Positions 28,206 through 39,865 of a stretch of 64,000 bases of DNA are shown one piece after another. Source of the stretch: an uncultured Planctomycetales bacterium (GTDB lineage Bacteria > Omnitrophota > Gorgyraeia > Zapsychrales > JANLHA01); contig CAYVEC010000008.1 of assembly GCA_964450385.1 (NCBI GenBank), positions 3,835 through 67,834 on the forward strand, in the 5' to 3' direction. The notes under the pieces are model-generated. The model saw only the letters and a list, made by a program, of their open reading frames with translations, made no database searches and was not told where the DNA came from. Numbering within the stretch: position 1 is the first letter of the stretch; every line of letters begins with the position of its first letter. The translations under genes and the position numbers were made by a program.

Positions 28206-28598
28206 GTGACCATGAGCCGTATCCTGATCGTTGAAGACAGCCGGAACAATCAAGACCTCCTTCAGGAGATCCTGCCGAAGACCATGACCCTGCACTTTGC
28301 CGAGAACGGCAAGGACGCGGTCCATGCGTACAACCAATCGCTCGCGTCATCACAGAAGTTCGATCTCATTCTCCTTGATATCGGCCTGCCGCACATGAGC
28401 GGCATGGAGATCCTGACCAAGATCCGCTTAAGCGAAAAAGCCGCCGGCATCCCGTGGGGAGATGGGATCCCGATCATCATGATCACCGCGCATAAGCGCC
28501 GCTTTTTAGAAGCCTATGATAAAGGATGCACCAACTATATCCTTAAACCTATCAATCCAGACTCCCTGCGGGCCCTTGTTCAAAAATATACGAAATAA
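28206..28598 (+). CDS. single-domain response regulator
   Basis: ILIVEDSRNN...LILLDIGLPHMSG...LKP. Confidence 0.75.
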   Translation: MTMSRILIVEDSRNNQDLLQEILPKTMTLHFAENGKDAVHAYNQSLASSQKFDLILLDIGLPHMSGMEILTKIRLSEKAAGIPWGDGIPIIMITAHKRRFLEAYDKGCTNYILKPINPDSLRALVQKYTK

Positions 28599-28705
28599 AC
28601 CCGACGTGTGTTACTTTCGAATAGAAATTCATCTTATATTTGTGTTTATTCCAGCCTTCTTATATAATACAACCTCATCTAATACTTAGTAGAGGAGAAA
28701 AAACC

Positions 28706-29995
28706 ATGACGGAACGCGCCAAAATCACCTTGGGGGAGAACAGCTATGACCTCCCGGTCATCCAGGGCACGGACGGTATCAAGGCGATCGATATCAGCAA
28801 ATTATCTGAGCTCACCGGATACCGCACCTTTGACCCGGGATACGCCAACACCTGTTCCTGTAAAAGTTCGATTACCTATCTTGACGGCGAGCGTGGCGTT
28901 CTTCTCTATCGTGGGTACCCTATTGAGGAAATCGCGGAAAAGTGCACTTTTGTCGAGACTGCGTATCTCCTGATCCACGGCCATCTGCCGACCAAGACAC
29001 AGCTCCGGGGGTATTCGAATCTCTTTACCCGTCACGCGAACCTCCATGAGGACATGAAGGCGTTCTTTTTAGGCTATCCAAGCACGGGGCATCCCATGGC
29101 GATGCTCTCGGCCATGATCTGCGCGCTTTCCGCGTATTATCCGGAACTCGTCAAACCGAATCCGACAGATGAGGAGATCGAAATCACCGCGATCGAGCTC
29201 CTGGCAAAGATCCGGACAATCGCGGCCTGTACCTACAAAAAACGGGTCGGCGAACCCTTTATGTATGCCCGCTCGGATTACGAGTACATTAACAATTTTC
29301 TCCATATGATGTTCTCAACTCCGACGCATGAATATGTCCCGACTCCAGAGGTTATTAGCGCGCTCAAGGCCCTGCTTATTCTGCATGCGGACCATGAGCA
29401 GAATTGCAGCACCTCAACCGTCCGCATGGTCGGCAGCTCATGGGCCAATCTCTTTGCCTCGGTCTCGGCCGGGATCTGCGCGCTTTGGGGCCCGCTCCAC
29501 GGCGGCGCCAACCAAAAAGTCGTTGAAATGCTCGAGCAGATCCATGCCGAAGGCGGCAATGTGGATAAATATATCGAAAAAGCGAAAGACCCGAGCAATC
29601 CGTTCCGGCTCATGGGATTCGGCCACCGGGTCTATAAAAGTTATGACCCGCGGGCACGGATCATCAAGGCCCGGGCCCATGATATGCTCAAATCCCTGGG
29701 GGTCCATGACCCGCTCCTTGAGATCGCGCTCAAGATCGAGGAAAAGGTGCTCAAGGACGATTATTTTGCGGAGCGTCGGCTCTATCCGAACGTCGATTTC
29801 TATAGCGGGCTGATCTACAAGGCGATCGGGATCCCAACGGATATGTTCACGGTGATGTTCGCGATCGGCCGGCTTCCGGGCTGGATCGCCAATTGGATCG
29901 AGCTGAAGGCTAATAATGAAAAGATCGGACGCCCCCGCCAGGTCTATACTGGGCCCATGACACGCCAGTTTGTTCCCCTGGATCAGCGGGGTTAG
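28706..29995 (+). CDS. gltA: citrate synthase (type II)
   Basis: ATG 28706 after AGGAGAAAAAACC. MGFGHRVYK and GPLHGGAN motifs. The upstream in-frame extension to 28640 is judged spurious. Confidence 0.9.
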   Translation: MTERAKITLGENSYDLPVIQGTDGIKAIDISKLSELTGYRTFDPGYANTCSCKSSITYLDGERGVLLYRGYPIEEIAEKCTFVETAYLLIHGHLPTKTQLRGYSNLFTRHANLHEDMKAFFLGYPSTGHPMAMLSAMICALSAYYPELVKPNPTDEEIEITAIELLAKIRTIAACTYKKRVGEPFMYARSDYEYINNFLHMMFSTPTHEYVPTPEVISALKALLILHADHEQNCSTSTVRMVGSSWANLFASVSAGICALWGPLHGGANQKVVEMLEQIHAEGGNVDKYIEKAKDPSNPFRLMGFGHRVYKSYDPRARIIKARAHDMLKSLGVHDPLLEIALKIEEKVLKDDYFAERRLYPNVDFYSGLIYKAIGIPTDMFTVMFAIGRLPGWIANWIELKANNEKIGRPRQVYTGPMTRQFVPLDQRG

Positions 29996-30056
29996 ACAGC
30001 GGCTTAAGACATCAACCAGGCGCAGGGTGCGTCATCTACATTGAAGGAAGGGACTC

Positions 30057-31517
30057 ATGATCGAATTTACGGCATCGGCGACATTCCGCAGTGAGGCGCT
30101 CATTCTCCTGATGAGCGCCGACCAGGTTCGGCATAAAAAATTTAATGACCTCAAGTGGCCATCGCTCAAAACAGAACTCGCCGGACTGACCCGGGCCGGC
30201 CATTTCGAAGGCCGTTCCGGACAGGTATTTCCGTTATCAGCCGAGCGCCAGACCGTTCTCCTCGTGGGGCTCGGGGATGAGGCCGAGCTCACCGCAACAG
30301 CGCTCCGGGTGGCAACACGGCAGGCGATTCTGTCGCCATTTGTGAAGAAGGCCCGGACCCTGGAACTCATTCTGTGCCATGCCCGTCAGGATGACACCTC
30401 GATCATCGCCATGATCGAAGGGATCGTGATCGGCGGCTATGCCTGGACAAAATACAAGACCCAAAAACCCGAGTCCCCAAAATTCACCGATAAAAAATTC
30501 ACCATCATTGCTGAGTCGAAACGGCTCTACCGTGACGCGGCAGCCGCCTGTCTTGGGGTCACGCTCTGCCGGGACCTAGTCAACGACAATGCGGATCTTG
30601 TTCACGCCGGCCATATCGAAAAGACGGTCAAAGGACTCCTCCGCGGCAAAAAGAACGTCACCTGCACGGTCCTGGGCCGCGCTGAACTGAAGCGCCACGG
30701 CCTCGGCCTGCACCTTGCGGTCAATCAAGGCAGCGCCTATGATCCCAAGCTCATCATCGTTCAATATCGCGGATCAAGCCACCAGGGATTTGATCTCGCC
30801 CTGATCGGCAAAGGGATCACCTTTGATACAGGCGGGCTCAACCTCAAACCGAGCGGTCATCTCGAGACCATGCGCAGCGACATGAGCGGGACCGCGGCGG
30901 TCATCGGGACGCTTCGGAACATACTGGCCTTAGGCGTACGAAAAAATATCCTTTTTGTCTGCGCGATCGCCGAAAACGCGATCGGGTCCCATGCCTATAA
31001 ACCCGGCGACGTCTACCGGGCCTATAACGGCAAGACCGTTGAGATCGGCAACACCGATGCCGAGGGCCGCCTTGTCCTGGCCGACGCGATCGCCTATATC
31101 GGCACGAATTACCGGCCGAAGGCGATCATCGATATCGCGACCCTCACCGGGGCCTGTGTCGTGGCTCTGGGTTTTGATTACACGGGACTCCTGTCGAGTC
31201 ATGACGATCTCGCGCAGCAGATCATCACCGCTGGGGAAGAGACCGATGACCGCGTCTGGCGCCTGCCGTTGTACCCCGAGCTCAAGGGGGTCATGGATTC
31301 GCCGATCGCGGACCTCAAAAACACGAGCAACATCAAAGGGGCCGGGACCATTACCGGGGCCTTTTTTCTCAAACAGTTTGTCCCGGACGGCACGGCCTGG
31401 GCGCATCTCGATATCGCCGGAACATCCTTTGTGGATAAAGGCTCCCGGATGTATTTCGGGCAGGGCGCGACCGGGGCTGGGGTCCGGCTGTTGACCCGGT
31501 TATTACGAACATCATGA
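30057..31517 (+). CDS. pepA: leucyl aminopeptidase (M17)
   Basis: [13 protein letters not shown] signature and [10 protein letters not shown]. Confidence 0.85.
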   Translation: MIEFTASATFRSEALILLMSADQVRHKKFNDLKWPSLKTELAGLTRAGHFEGRSGQVFPLSAERQTVLLVGLGDEAELTATALRVATRQAILSPFVKKARTLELILCHARQDDTSIIAMIEGIVIGGYAWTKYKTQKPESPKFTDKKFTIIAESKRLYRDAAAACLGVTLCRDLVNDNADLVHAGHIEKTVKGLLRGKKNVTCTVLGRAELKRHGLGLHLAVNQGSAYDPKLIIVQYRGSSHQGFDLALIGKGITFDTGGLNLKPSGHLETMRSDMSGTAAVIGTLRNILALGVRKNILFVCAIAENAIGSHAYKPGDVYRAYNGKTVEIGNTDAEGRLVLADAIAYIGTNYRPKAIIDIATLTGACVVALGFDYTGLLSSHDDLAQQIITAGEETDDRVWRLPLYPELKGVMDSPIADLKNTSNIKGAGTITGAFFLKQFVPDGTAWAHLDIAGTSFVDKGSRMYFGQGATGAGVRLLTRLLRTS

Positions 31518-31536
31518 TCTTATAAAGGAGCCTGCG

Positions 31537-32940
<1,404 letters not shown>

Positions 32941-32946
32941 CTACCG

Positions 32947-33267
32947 ATGGCCACAAAAAAAGCACCCGACCGCCGTCAATATCCCCGGATCCATCGGATC
33001 CTGAGCATTCAATTCCGGCTCAAAAAGACCCGGCAGGCGGGGGCTGACACCGCGACCTGGCATCAGGCCACGACTCATGATATGAGCGTCGGAGGGATCT
33101 CGTTCGTCAGCCGGACCCCCTACATGCTCGGAGATATCCTGGAACTTCATGTCGTCATGTCCGGCGTCCTTGATGTCCTCTGCTCTGACGGGAAAGTCGT
33201 CCGCGTCGAAGACAAAAAACACGGCCTGTTCCTGACAGCCGTTGAACTCACGCGCCCCAAGGCATAA
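32947..33267 (+). CDS. stand-alone PilZ-domain (c-di-GMP-binding) protein
   Basis: RQYPR (RxxxR) and DMSVGGISF (DxSxGG) motifs. 106 aa. Confidence 0.7.
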   Translation: MATKKAPDRRQYPRIHRILSIQFRLKKTRQAGADTATWHQATTHDMSVGGISFVSRTPYMLGDILELHVVMSGVLDVLCSDGKVVRVEDKKHGLFLTAVELTRPKA

Positions 33268-33323
33268 AAGGCGCTCCGATGCTGATCAACGGTGCCTGAC
33301 AGAACAAATAATAGCTGCGCGTA

Positions 33324-33352
33324 TTGACAGTCCCAAAAAAAAGGAATATCAT
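33324..33352 (+). promoter_or_regulatory. near-consensus sigma-70 promoter TTGACA-N17-TATCAT upstream of rseC-rnf
   Basis: TTGACA at 33324-33329 and TATCAT at 33347-33352, about 50 nt before rseC. Confidence 0.45.
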
Positions 33353-33402
33353 TTCATAATATTTGAAACCGAACAGCCACACGGCATGGCGTCCGAATAG
33401 AG

Positions 33403-33837
33403 TTGACCATCATGCAGGACCAATCTGTGATAGAACATGAAGGGGTTGTCACCGGACGCACATTAACGGGGCTCCTAACCGTTGAGATTACCTCAAGCCC
33501 TGCCTGCGGGTCGTGTGAGGCCCGGCAGCACTGCCTGGCGAGTGAGAACATCACACGGGTCATCGAGGTCGCGGATCCAGGCGGCTGTCATCGACCCGGT
33601 GATCATGTGACGATCGTATTGACAGAGACTTTGGCGTGGCAAGCGGCGATTATGGCGTATATTTTCCCCTTCATGATCATTGTTGCGACCTTGATTGTGA
33701 TGACGGTCTGGCGCCTGTCGGAACTGATCGCGGGATTAGGGGCGTTAGCGGGGTTAGCGGCTTATTACATGCTGTTAATGTGTTTTGAAAAAAAGTTAAA
33801 ACGCACGTTCGTGTGCCATTTAAAGGAAGCAGCGTGA
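33403..33837 (+). CDS. rseC: RseC/MucC-family protein (SoxR-reducing system component, commonly precedes rnf)
   Basis: CGSCEARQHC Cys motif plus two C-terminal TM helices. Confidence 0.7.
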   Translation: MTIMQDQSVIEHEGVVTGRTLTGLLTVEITSSPACGSCEARQHCLASENITRVIEVADPGGCHRPGDHVTIVLTETLAWQAAIMAYIFPFMIIVATLIVMTVWRLSELIAGLGALAGLAAYYMLLMCFEKKLKRTFVCHLKEAA

Positions 33838-33841
33838 CATC

Positions 33842-34699
33842 ATGAGCATGATCGTTGTGTTCACAATTCTGGTCCTGTGCGGCATCGGTATCATCTCGGC
33901 GCTTGTACTGTACGTGGTCGCCAAGAAATTCCAGCTTGCGGAGGATCCCCGGATCGACACGGTGGTGAGCCTCCTCCCGGGGGCCAACTGCGGCGGATGC
34001 GGTTTTCCGGGATGCCAGGCCTTTGCCAAGGCCTGTGTCGAGGCGGAAACACTCGACGGCCTGTTCTGCACACCGGGCGGCAACGACGGGATGGCGGCGG
34101 TTGCCAAATTCTTAGGCAAAACCCCGGTCACGAAGGACCCGATGATCGCTGTGCTCCGCTGTAACGGGAGTTTTCAAAACCGCGTCCGACGCACGAACTA
34201 CGAGGGCGAGCGAACATGCGCGATCGAGCACCTCACCTGCGGGGGCGAAACCGACTGCGTTTACGGCTGTCTCGGCCAAGGCGACTGCATGCGCGCCTGC
34301 GTCTTTGGCGCCATCACGATCGATCCCGAGACAGGGCTCCCGGTCATCGATGATGACCGTTGTGTTGCCTGCGGGGCCTGCGTGACGGCCTGTCCCAAGG
34401 GGCTCATCGAACTTCGAAAAAAAGGACCCAAAAACCGGCGTGTCTTTGTCTGCTGCTGGAACAAAGACAAGGGGCCGACTGCCCGTAAGGCCTGCACCGC
34501 CGCGTGTATCGGCTGCATGAAATGTGTTAAGGAATGCCCCTTTGAGGCCATCACGGTCACAGATTGTTTGGCGTATATTGATCCGGAAAAATGCCGGCTT
34601 TGCCGAAAATGCGTTCTCGCCTGTCCGACGGGCGCGATCCATGAAGTCAATTTTCCGGCGCGGCCTGCCCAACCCTCAACCCCGGTGACCGGCATATGA
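33842..34699 (+). CDS. rnfB: Rnf electron-transport complex subunit B (polyferredoxin)
   Basis: N-terminal TM anchor, GANCGGCGFPGCQAFA, and multiple CxxCxxCxxxCP ferredoxin motifs. Confidence 0.85.
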   Translation: MSMIVVFTILVLCGIGIISALVLYVVAKKFQLAEDPRIDTVVSLLPGANCGGCGFPGCQAFAKACVEAETLDGLFCTPGGNDGMAAVAKFLGKTPVTKDPMIAVLRCNGSFQNRVRRTNYEGERTCAIEHLTCGGETDCVYGCLGQGDCMRACVFGAITIDPETGLPVIDDDRCVACGACVTACPKGLIELRKKGPKNRRVFVCCWNKDKGPTARKACTAACIGCMKCVKECPFEAITVTDCLAYIDPEKCRLCRKCVLACPTGAIHEVNFPARPAQPSTPVTGI

Positions 34700-36051
34700 C
34701 ACGACATAAGACATTTCCACAAGGCGGGATCCATCCCCATGATCACAAAATCACGGCCGGCCAGCCGCTCGTGACCCTGCAGCTTCCCAAAAGTGTGGCG
34801 CTCATTCTGACCCAACACATCGGCGCGGCCGCGGTCCCGATCGTCAAGGTCGGTGATCCGGTCAAGACCGGCCAGCTCCTCGCCGAGGCCAAAGGCATGA
34901 TTTCAGCCCATGTCCACGCGACGATCAGTGGGCGCGTCGCGCGGATCGAGGATGTCATGGACCAAACCGGGATCAAACGCCCGGCCGTCATCATTGAATC
35001 CGGGAATGAGGGGAGAGATGATTGGGCCGAGGGGATCGATCATTCGCCGGATATTGGACGAATGCCCGATCTTTCACCGGATGAGATCCGGGCCCGGGTC
35101 CGCGCGGCCGGGATCATCGGTTTGGGCGGTGCGGGCTTCCCTGCCCATGTCAAACTGAGCGTGCCCCCAGGGAAAAAGGCGGAATTTCTGCTGATCAATG
35201 GCGTCGAATGTGAACCCTATCTGACCTCCGACCATTGCCTCATGATGAGCCGGGCCCAGGAGATCCTGATCGGGATCCGTCTCTCACTGCATGCCCTCGG
35301 CCTGACCCGGGCCATGATCGGCATCGAAGAGAATAAGCCCGACGCGATCGCGCTTTTTGAATCGCTCCTTGGCCGCGACCAAACGGTCCGCGTTGTGCCG
35401 CTCAAGGTCTGTTACCCGCAGGGAGGGGAGCGCCAGCTCGTGAAGGCCCTGATCAATCGTGAGATCCCTCCGGCACCCAAAGGTCTGCCGATCGATGTCG
35501 GAGCGGTTGTACTCAACGTTGCGTCATGCTTTGCGATTTATGAAGCGGTTGTCAAAAATAAACCTTTGATTGATCGTATCGTGACCGTGACCGGGGACGG
35601 GCTTGCCTCACCCGGGAATTTCCTCGTCCGGATCGGGACCCCGATCCAGGCGCTCATCGAGGCGGCCGGTGGCCTGCCCGAGAATGCCGGAAAGATCATC
35701 AGCGGCGGCCCGATGATGGGAAAAGCGGTCTCGGTTCTTTCGGCCCCTGTGACCAAAACAACCGGCGGACTCGTGGTCTGTTCGGACTCCTGGTCCCATC
35801 GTTCGATCTCTCGCGATTGCATCCGCTGTGGAAACTGCGTTACGGCCTGTCCCCTCGGACTCGAACCGTACCTTCTCATGACCGTGACACAAAAAGACCT
35901 CTATGACCGTGCCGAACAGGAAAAGATCACCAACTGCTGCGAATGCGCCTGCTGCTGCTATGTCTGCCCGTCTCACCGGCCGTTATTAGACTATATTCGG
36001 CTCGGCAAGGGCCGCGTATTACAACGCATGAGGGAGAGAACAAAAAAATGA
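34696..36051 (+). CDS. rnfC: Rnf subunit C
   Basis: GLGGAGFPAHVK (NADH/FMN-binding signature) and two 4Fe-4S motifs (CIRCGNCVTACP, CCECACCCYVCP). Confidence 0.85.
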   Translation: MTRHKTFPQGGIHPHDHKITAGQPLVTLQLPKSVALILTQHIGAAAVPIVKVGDPVKTGQLLAEAKGMISAHVHATISGRVARIEDVMDQTGIKRPAVIIESGNEGRDDWAEGIDHSPDIGRMPDLSPDEIRARVRAAGIIGLGGAGFPAHVKLSVPPGKKAEFLLINGVECEPYLTSDHCLMMSRAQEILIGIRLSLHALGLTRAMIGIEENKPDAIALFESLLGRDQTVRVVPLKVCYPQGGERQLVKALINREIPPAPKGLPIDVGAVVLNVASCFAIYEAVVKNKPLIDRIVTVTGDGLASPGNFLVRIGTPIQALIEAAGGLPENAGKIISGGPMMGKAVSVLSAPVTKTTGGLVVCSDSWSHRSISRDCIRCGNCVTACPLGLEPYLLMTVTQKDLYDRAEQEKITNCCECACCCYVCPSHRPLLDYIRLGKGRVLQRMRERTKK

Positions 36052-37022
36052 GCCCGACACGCTTAACCGTTGCCTTGTCCCCGCATATCCACAGCGGGCT
36101 AAAAATCCCGCATCTGATGTACGGGGTCATCTTTGCCCTGATGCCGGCCTTTGCGGTATCACTTTATGTCTTTGGGCTTCCGGCCCTGATCATCACCCTG
36201 ATCGCGGTCGCAAGCTGCATCCTCTGTGAATACATCCTTCAGCGCTGGGTCCTCCGGATCCCTGTCTCGATCCATGATGGATCCGCGGCTCTGACCGGGA
36301 TCCTGCTCGCCTTTAATCTGCCGAGCAATCTCCCTTGGTGGATGGTGATCATCGGCAGTGTCGTCGCGATCGGGCTCGCCAAAATGACCTTTGGCGGACT
36401 CGGCAATAATCCGTTCAATCCGGCCCTGGTCGGCCGCGTCTTTCTCCTGATCTCGTTTCCCGCCGCCATGACGACCTGGCCAAAACCCTTTGACACCGAC
36501 GGCATCACTGCGGCCACCCCGCTCATGATCCTAAAAGAAGGGATCAAGGCCGGAACACCAGCCAGCGATCTCATGGCAACCCTGCCGAGCACGTGGCAGA
36601 TGTTCCTCGGACAGATGGGGGGATCGATCGGGGAGGTCTCTGTAGCGGCCCTGCTCCTGGGCGGCCTGTTCCTATTGGGGACACAGATCATATCCTGGCA
36701 CATCCCGGTCTCGATCCTAGGGACCGCGGCCGTGTTTTCAGGAATCTTCTGGCTCATTGATCCAGCGCACTTTGCCCATCCGATGTTCCATCTGATGAGC
36801 GGCGGCCTGATGCTCGGCGCGATTTTTATGGCGACTGATTACGTCTCGTCGCCGATGACTGGGAAGGGCATGATTATCTACGGGGTCATGATCGGGCTCC
36901 TCACCATGATCATCCGCATGTTCGGTGCGTATCCGGAAGGGATGTCGTTCGCGATCCTGATCATGAACGCCTTTGTCCCGCTCATCAACCGCTACTGCAA
37001 ACCACACCGTTTCGGAGAATAA
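36048..37022 (+). CDS. rnfD: Rnf subunit D
   Basis: ATGA overlap with rnfC. Polytopic NqrB/RnfD-like. The in-frame upstream extension to 35943 is judged spurious. Confidence 0.85.
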   Translation: MSPTRLTVALSPHIHSGLKIPHLMYGVIFALMPAFAVSLYVFGLPALIITLIAVASCILCEYILQRWVLRIPVSIHDGSAALTGILLAFNLPSNLPWWMVIIGSVVAIGLAKMTFGGLGNNPFNPALVGRVFLLISFPAAMTTWPKPFDTDGITAATPLMILKEGIKAGTPASDLMATLPSTWQMFLGQMGGSIGEVSVAALLLGGLFLLGTQIISWHIPVSILGTAAVFSGIFWLIDPAHFAHPMFHLMSGGLMLGAIFMATDYVSSPMTGKGMIIYGVMIGLLTMIIRMFGAYPEGMSFAILIMNAFVPLINRYCKPHRFGE

Positions 37023-37037
37023 CGAGGCACGTCTCTT

Positions 37038-37616
37038 ATGAGCAAAACTGAATCCTCATTTACGAATATGCTGGTCACACTCTTTGTCGTCTCGTTATTA
37101 TCATCCGCGAGCGTCGGAATTGTCTATGAACTCACGCGCGGCCCGATCGCTGAGGCGGCCGAGGCCAAAAAGGTTGACGCAATCCGGGCCGTAGTTCCGG
37201 AGTTCGATAACAACCCGGTCGCCGAAGAATATACCCTTTCCTACAATGAGGAGAAGTTAAAGGCTTATCCCGCCACGCGGAATGGCATCCGTGTCGGCAC
37301 CGCGGTTGAGGCCTCGACCTCGCTCGGATTTGGCGGCACGATCCTCCTCATGATCGGCCTCCTGCCGGACGGGACGATCTCCGACATCTCCGTTCTTGAG
37401 CATAAAGAAACCCCCGGCCTCGGTGACAAGATCGAACCCGGAAAATCCGGTTTCATTAAACAATTTACCGGCCAACACCCGTCGCGGTTTACCTTAAAGG
37501 TCAAAAAAGATGGGGGGAGTGTTGACGCGATCACCGCGGCAACGATCAGTTCCCGCGCCTTCTGCGATGGGGTCGCTCGCGCGGTCGCGGCCTACGCACA
37601 GGAGAAACAACCATGA
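37038..37616 (+). CDS. rnfG: Rnf subunit G (FMN-binding)
   Basis: GGSVDAITAATISSRA flavinylation motif. Confidence 0.85.
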   Translation: MSKTESSFTNMLVTLFVVSLLSSASVGIVYELTRGPIAEAAEAKKVDAIRAVVPEFDNNPVAEEYTLSYNEEKLKAYPATRNGIRVGTAVEASTSLGFGGTILLMIGLLPDGTISDISVLEHKETPGLGDKIEPGKSGFIKQFTGQHPSRFTLKVKKDGGSVDAITAATISSRAFCDGVARAVAAYAQEKQP

Positions 37617-38200
37617 ACGCATGGCAGAATTTCAGTAAAGGCCTCCTTAAAGAAAATCCGGTGCTCATCCTGCTCCTAGGTTTCTGCCCGACCCTCGGCG
37701 TATCCACCTCGGCCCTGAACGGCATCGGCATGGGACTCGCCACGACCTTTGTCTTGATCATGTCAAACATCGCCATCTCGCTCGTCAAAGACCTGATCCC
37801 GGATAAGGTGCGCATCCCGTCGTATATCGTCATCATCGCCTCATTTGTCACGGTTGTTGATCTGATCATGGCTGCCTATGTGCCGGCGCTCCATGCGAAG
37901 CTTGGGCTCTTCATCCCGCTCATCGTGGTGAACTGTATCATCCTGGGCCGGGCCGAGGCCTTTGCGGCCAAAAATGGCCTGATCCCGTCCATGATCGACG
38001 GTCTGGGCATGGGCTGCGGATTCACCCTGGCCCTGACCTTTATCGGCAGTGTCCGTGAGATCTTAGGCAGCGGGTCGATTTTTCAATATAAATTCATCGC
38101 TGGAGACGGGATCCTGATCTTTATCCTGGCCCCCGGGGCCTTTATCGTCATGAGTTATTTGATCGCCGTTGTACGAAAAATAAACGCGGCCCAACACTAG
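37613..38200 (+). CDS. rnfE: Rnf subunit E
   Basis: NqrD/RnfE-like polytopic membrane protein (LLLGFCPTLGVSTSA). Confidence 0.85.
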   Translation: MNAWQNFSKGLLKENPVLILLLGFCPTLGVSTSALNGIGMGLATTFVLIMSNIAISLVKDLIPDKVRIPSYIVIIASFVTVVDLIMAAYVPALHAKLGLFIPLIVVNCIILGRAEAFAAKNGLIPSMIDGLGMGCGFTLALTFIGSVREILGSGSIFQYKFIAGDGILIFILAPGAFIVMSYLIAVVRKINAAQH

Positions 38201-38218
38201 TTAACCAGCGGGGCATCT

Positions 38219-38797
38219 ATGACCCATTATCTCCTGATCATCATCTCAGCTGTTTTTGTCAATAACATTGTCCTGACCCGGTTTTTGGGCATCTGCCCGT
38301 TTCTCGGTGTCTCGAATAAATTCTCCACGGCCGTTGGCATGGGCGGAGGGGTCCTGTTCGTCATGACCCTCTCGACGCTCGTGACCTATCTCATCAATGC
38401 CTATGTCCTGGTGCCTCTCCAGATCGGGTTCATGCAGACGATCACCTATATCCTTGTCATCGCGGCCCTGGTCCAGATGGTCGAGATCATCCTTAAAAAG
38501 ATCAGCCCGGCGCTCTATCAGGCGCTCGGTGTGTATCTGCCGCTCATCACCACGAACTGCACGATCCTGGGCGTCGCGATCCTCGTCGTTCAAAATAAAT
38601 TCTCTCTGCTCGAAAGCGTGGTCTTTGCCATGGCCAACGCCTCTGGATTTACGCTCGCGATCGTGCTCTTTTCAAGTATCCGCGAACAGCTCGAGCTCTC
38701 GAACGTGCCCAAGGCCATGCGCGGGGTGCCGATCGCGCTCTTGACGGCCGGGCTCCTATCCCTGGCCTTTATGGGTTTTTCGGGGATCGTCAAATAG
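38219..38797 (+). CDS. rnfA: Rnf subunit A
   Basis: NqrE/RnfA-like ([21 protein letters not shown]). Confidence 0.85.
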   Translation: MTHYLLIIISAVFVNNIVLTRFLGICPFLGVSNKFSTAVGMGGGVLFVMTLSTLVTYLINAYVLVPLQIGFMQTITYILVIAALVQMVEIILKKISPALYQALGVYLPLITTNCTILGVAILVVQNKFSLLESVVFAMANASGFTLAIVLFSSIREQLELSNVPKAMRGVPIALLTAGLLSLAFMGFSGIVK

Positions 38798-38805
38798 AGG
38801 GACCG

Positions 38806-39594
38806 ATGAACATCCTCTCCTGGAATATCAATGGGATCCGCGCAAGCGAACGGAAGGGGTTCTTCGACTGGCTCGCCAGCCGTCCGGCTGACATCATCTG
38901 TGTCCAGGAGACGAAGGCCGACCCGACGCAATTGACCCCAAAATTCTTAACGCCTCCCGGCTACCACACCTTTTGGTCAGCGGCCGAACGCAAGGGCTAC
39001 AGCGGGGTCGCGGTCTTCTCGTCGATCCAGCCTGTGCGCGTTAATGCCGATCTTGGCATCCCTGAATTCGACAGCGAAGGGAGGATGCTCGAGCTCGAGT
39101 ACCCGGACTTTATCCTGTTTAATGTCTATTTCCCCAACGGCAGCAGCGGCAATAAACGCGTGCCGTATAAAATGGCATTTTATGACGCCTTTCTTAAACA
39201 CGCGGAGCGTCTCCACAAAAAAGGCAAACCCCTGGTCATCTGCGGCGACGTCAACACCGCCCATGAAGAGATCGATCTGGCCCGGCCACGCCAGAATGAA
39301 GGGAACACCGGTTTTCTACCTGAAGAACGCGCCTGGGTCTCGCGCCTGATCTCCAAAGGCTACGCCGACACCTTTCGGCATTTTCACCCCGGCGAGCCCG
39401 GCCACTATTCGTGGTGGGATTACAAAACCCGGGCCCGCGAGCGTGATATCGGCTGGCGGATCGACTACTTTTTTGTGACCGAGGACATCCTGCCCCGTGT
39501 ACGCGAGGCCTTTATCCTCAAGACCATCGAAGGTTCAGACCATTGTCCCGTGGGGATCACACTCGCCTCGTCAGGCGTCCATTCAAAAAAATAG
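38806..39594 (+). CDS. xth: exodeoxyribonuclease III
   Basis: MNILSWNINGIRA and VICGDVNTAHEEIDL. C-terminal DHCPV. Confidence 0.85.
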   Translation: MNILSWNINGIRASERKGFFDWLASRPADIICVQETKADPTQLTPKFLTPPGYHTFWSAAERKGYSGVAVFSSIQPVRVNADLGIPEFDSEGRMLELEYPDFILFNVYFPNGSSGNKRVPYKMAFYDAFLKHAERLHKKGKPLVICGDVNTAHEEIDLARPRQNEGNTGFLPEERAWVSRLISKGYADTFRHFHPGEPGHYSWWDYKTRARERDIGWRIDYFFVTEDILPRVREAFILKTIEGSDHCPVGITLASSGVHSKK

Positions 39595-39684
39595 CAATAC
39601 TTAATGTGGCGCCAGGCCTTTTGTGCTATAAACAAGGAGGCTGGCAGATGCCGCCTCGACACACGCATCCTTAAAGGAGGGATC

Positions 39685-39792
39685 ATGAAAGACCTATCTG
39701 GCGTCTTTGTCAAACTACTCATCGGCGCGATCGTCACAGCCTTGTTATTGGCAGGCTTGATCGTTTACCTCGGGTCACGCGCCGCAGCGTAA
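39685..39792 (+). CDS. 35-aa single-TM small membrane protein
   Basis: Strong SD AAAGGAGGG with 5-nt spacing. Sequence is MKDLSGVFVKLLIGAIVTALLLAGLIVYLGSRAAA. The longer ORF-track call from 39604 is judged spurious. Confidence 0.4.
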   Translation: MKDLSGVFVKLLIGAIVTALLLAGLIVYLGSRAAA

Positions 39793-39865
39793 ATTTTACC
39801 TGCGATTAGGCGCTCACTAAAACGCCCAATACTCGTCATCAATCAAACGACAGAAGGAGGCCTCG

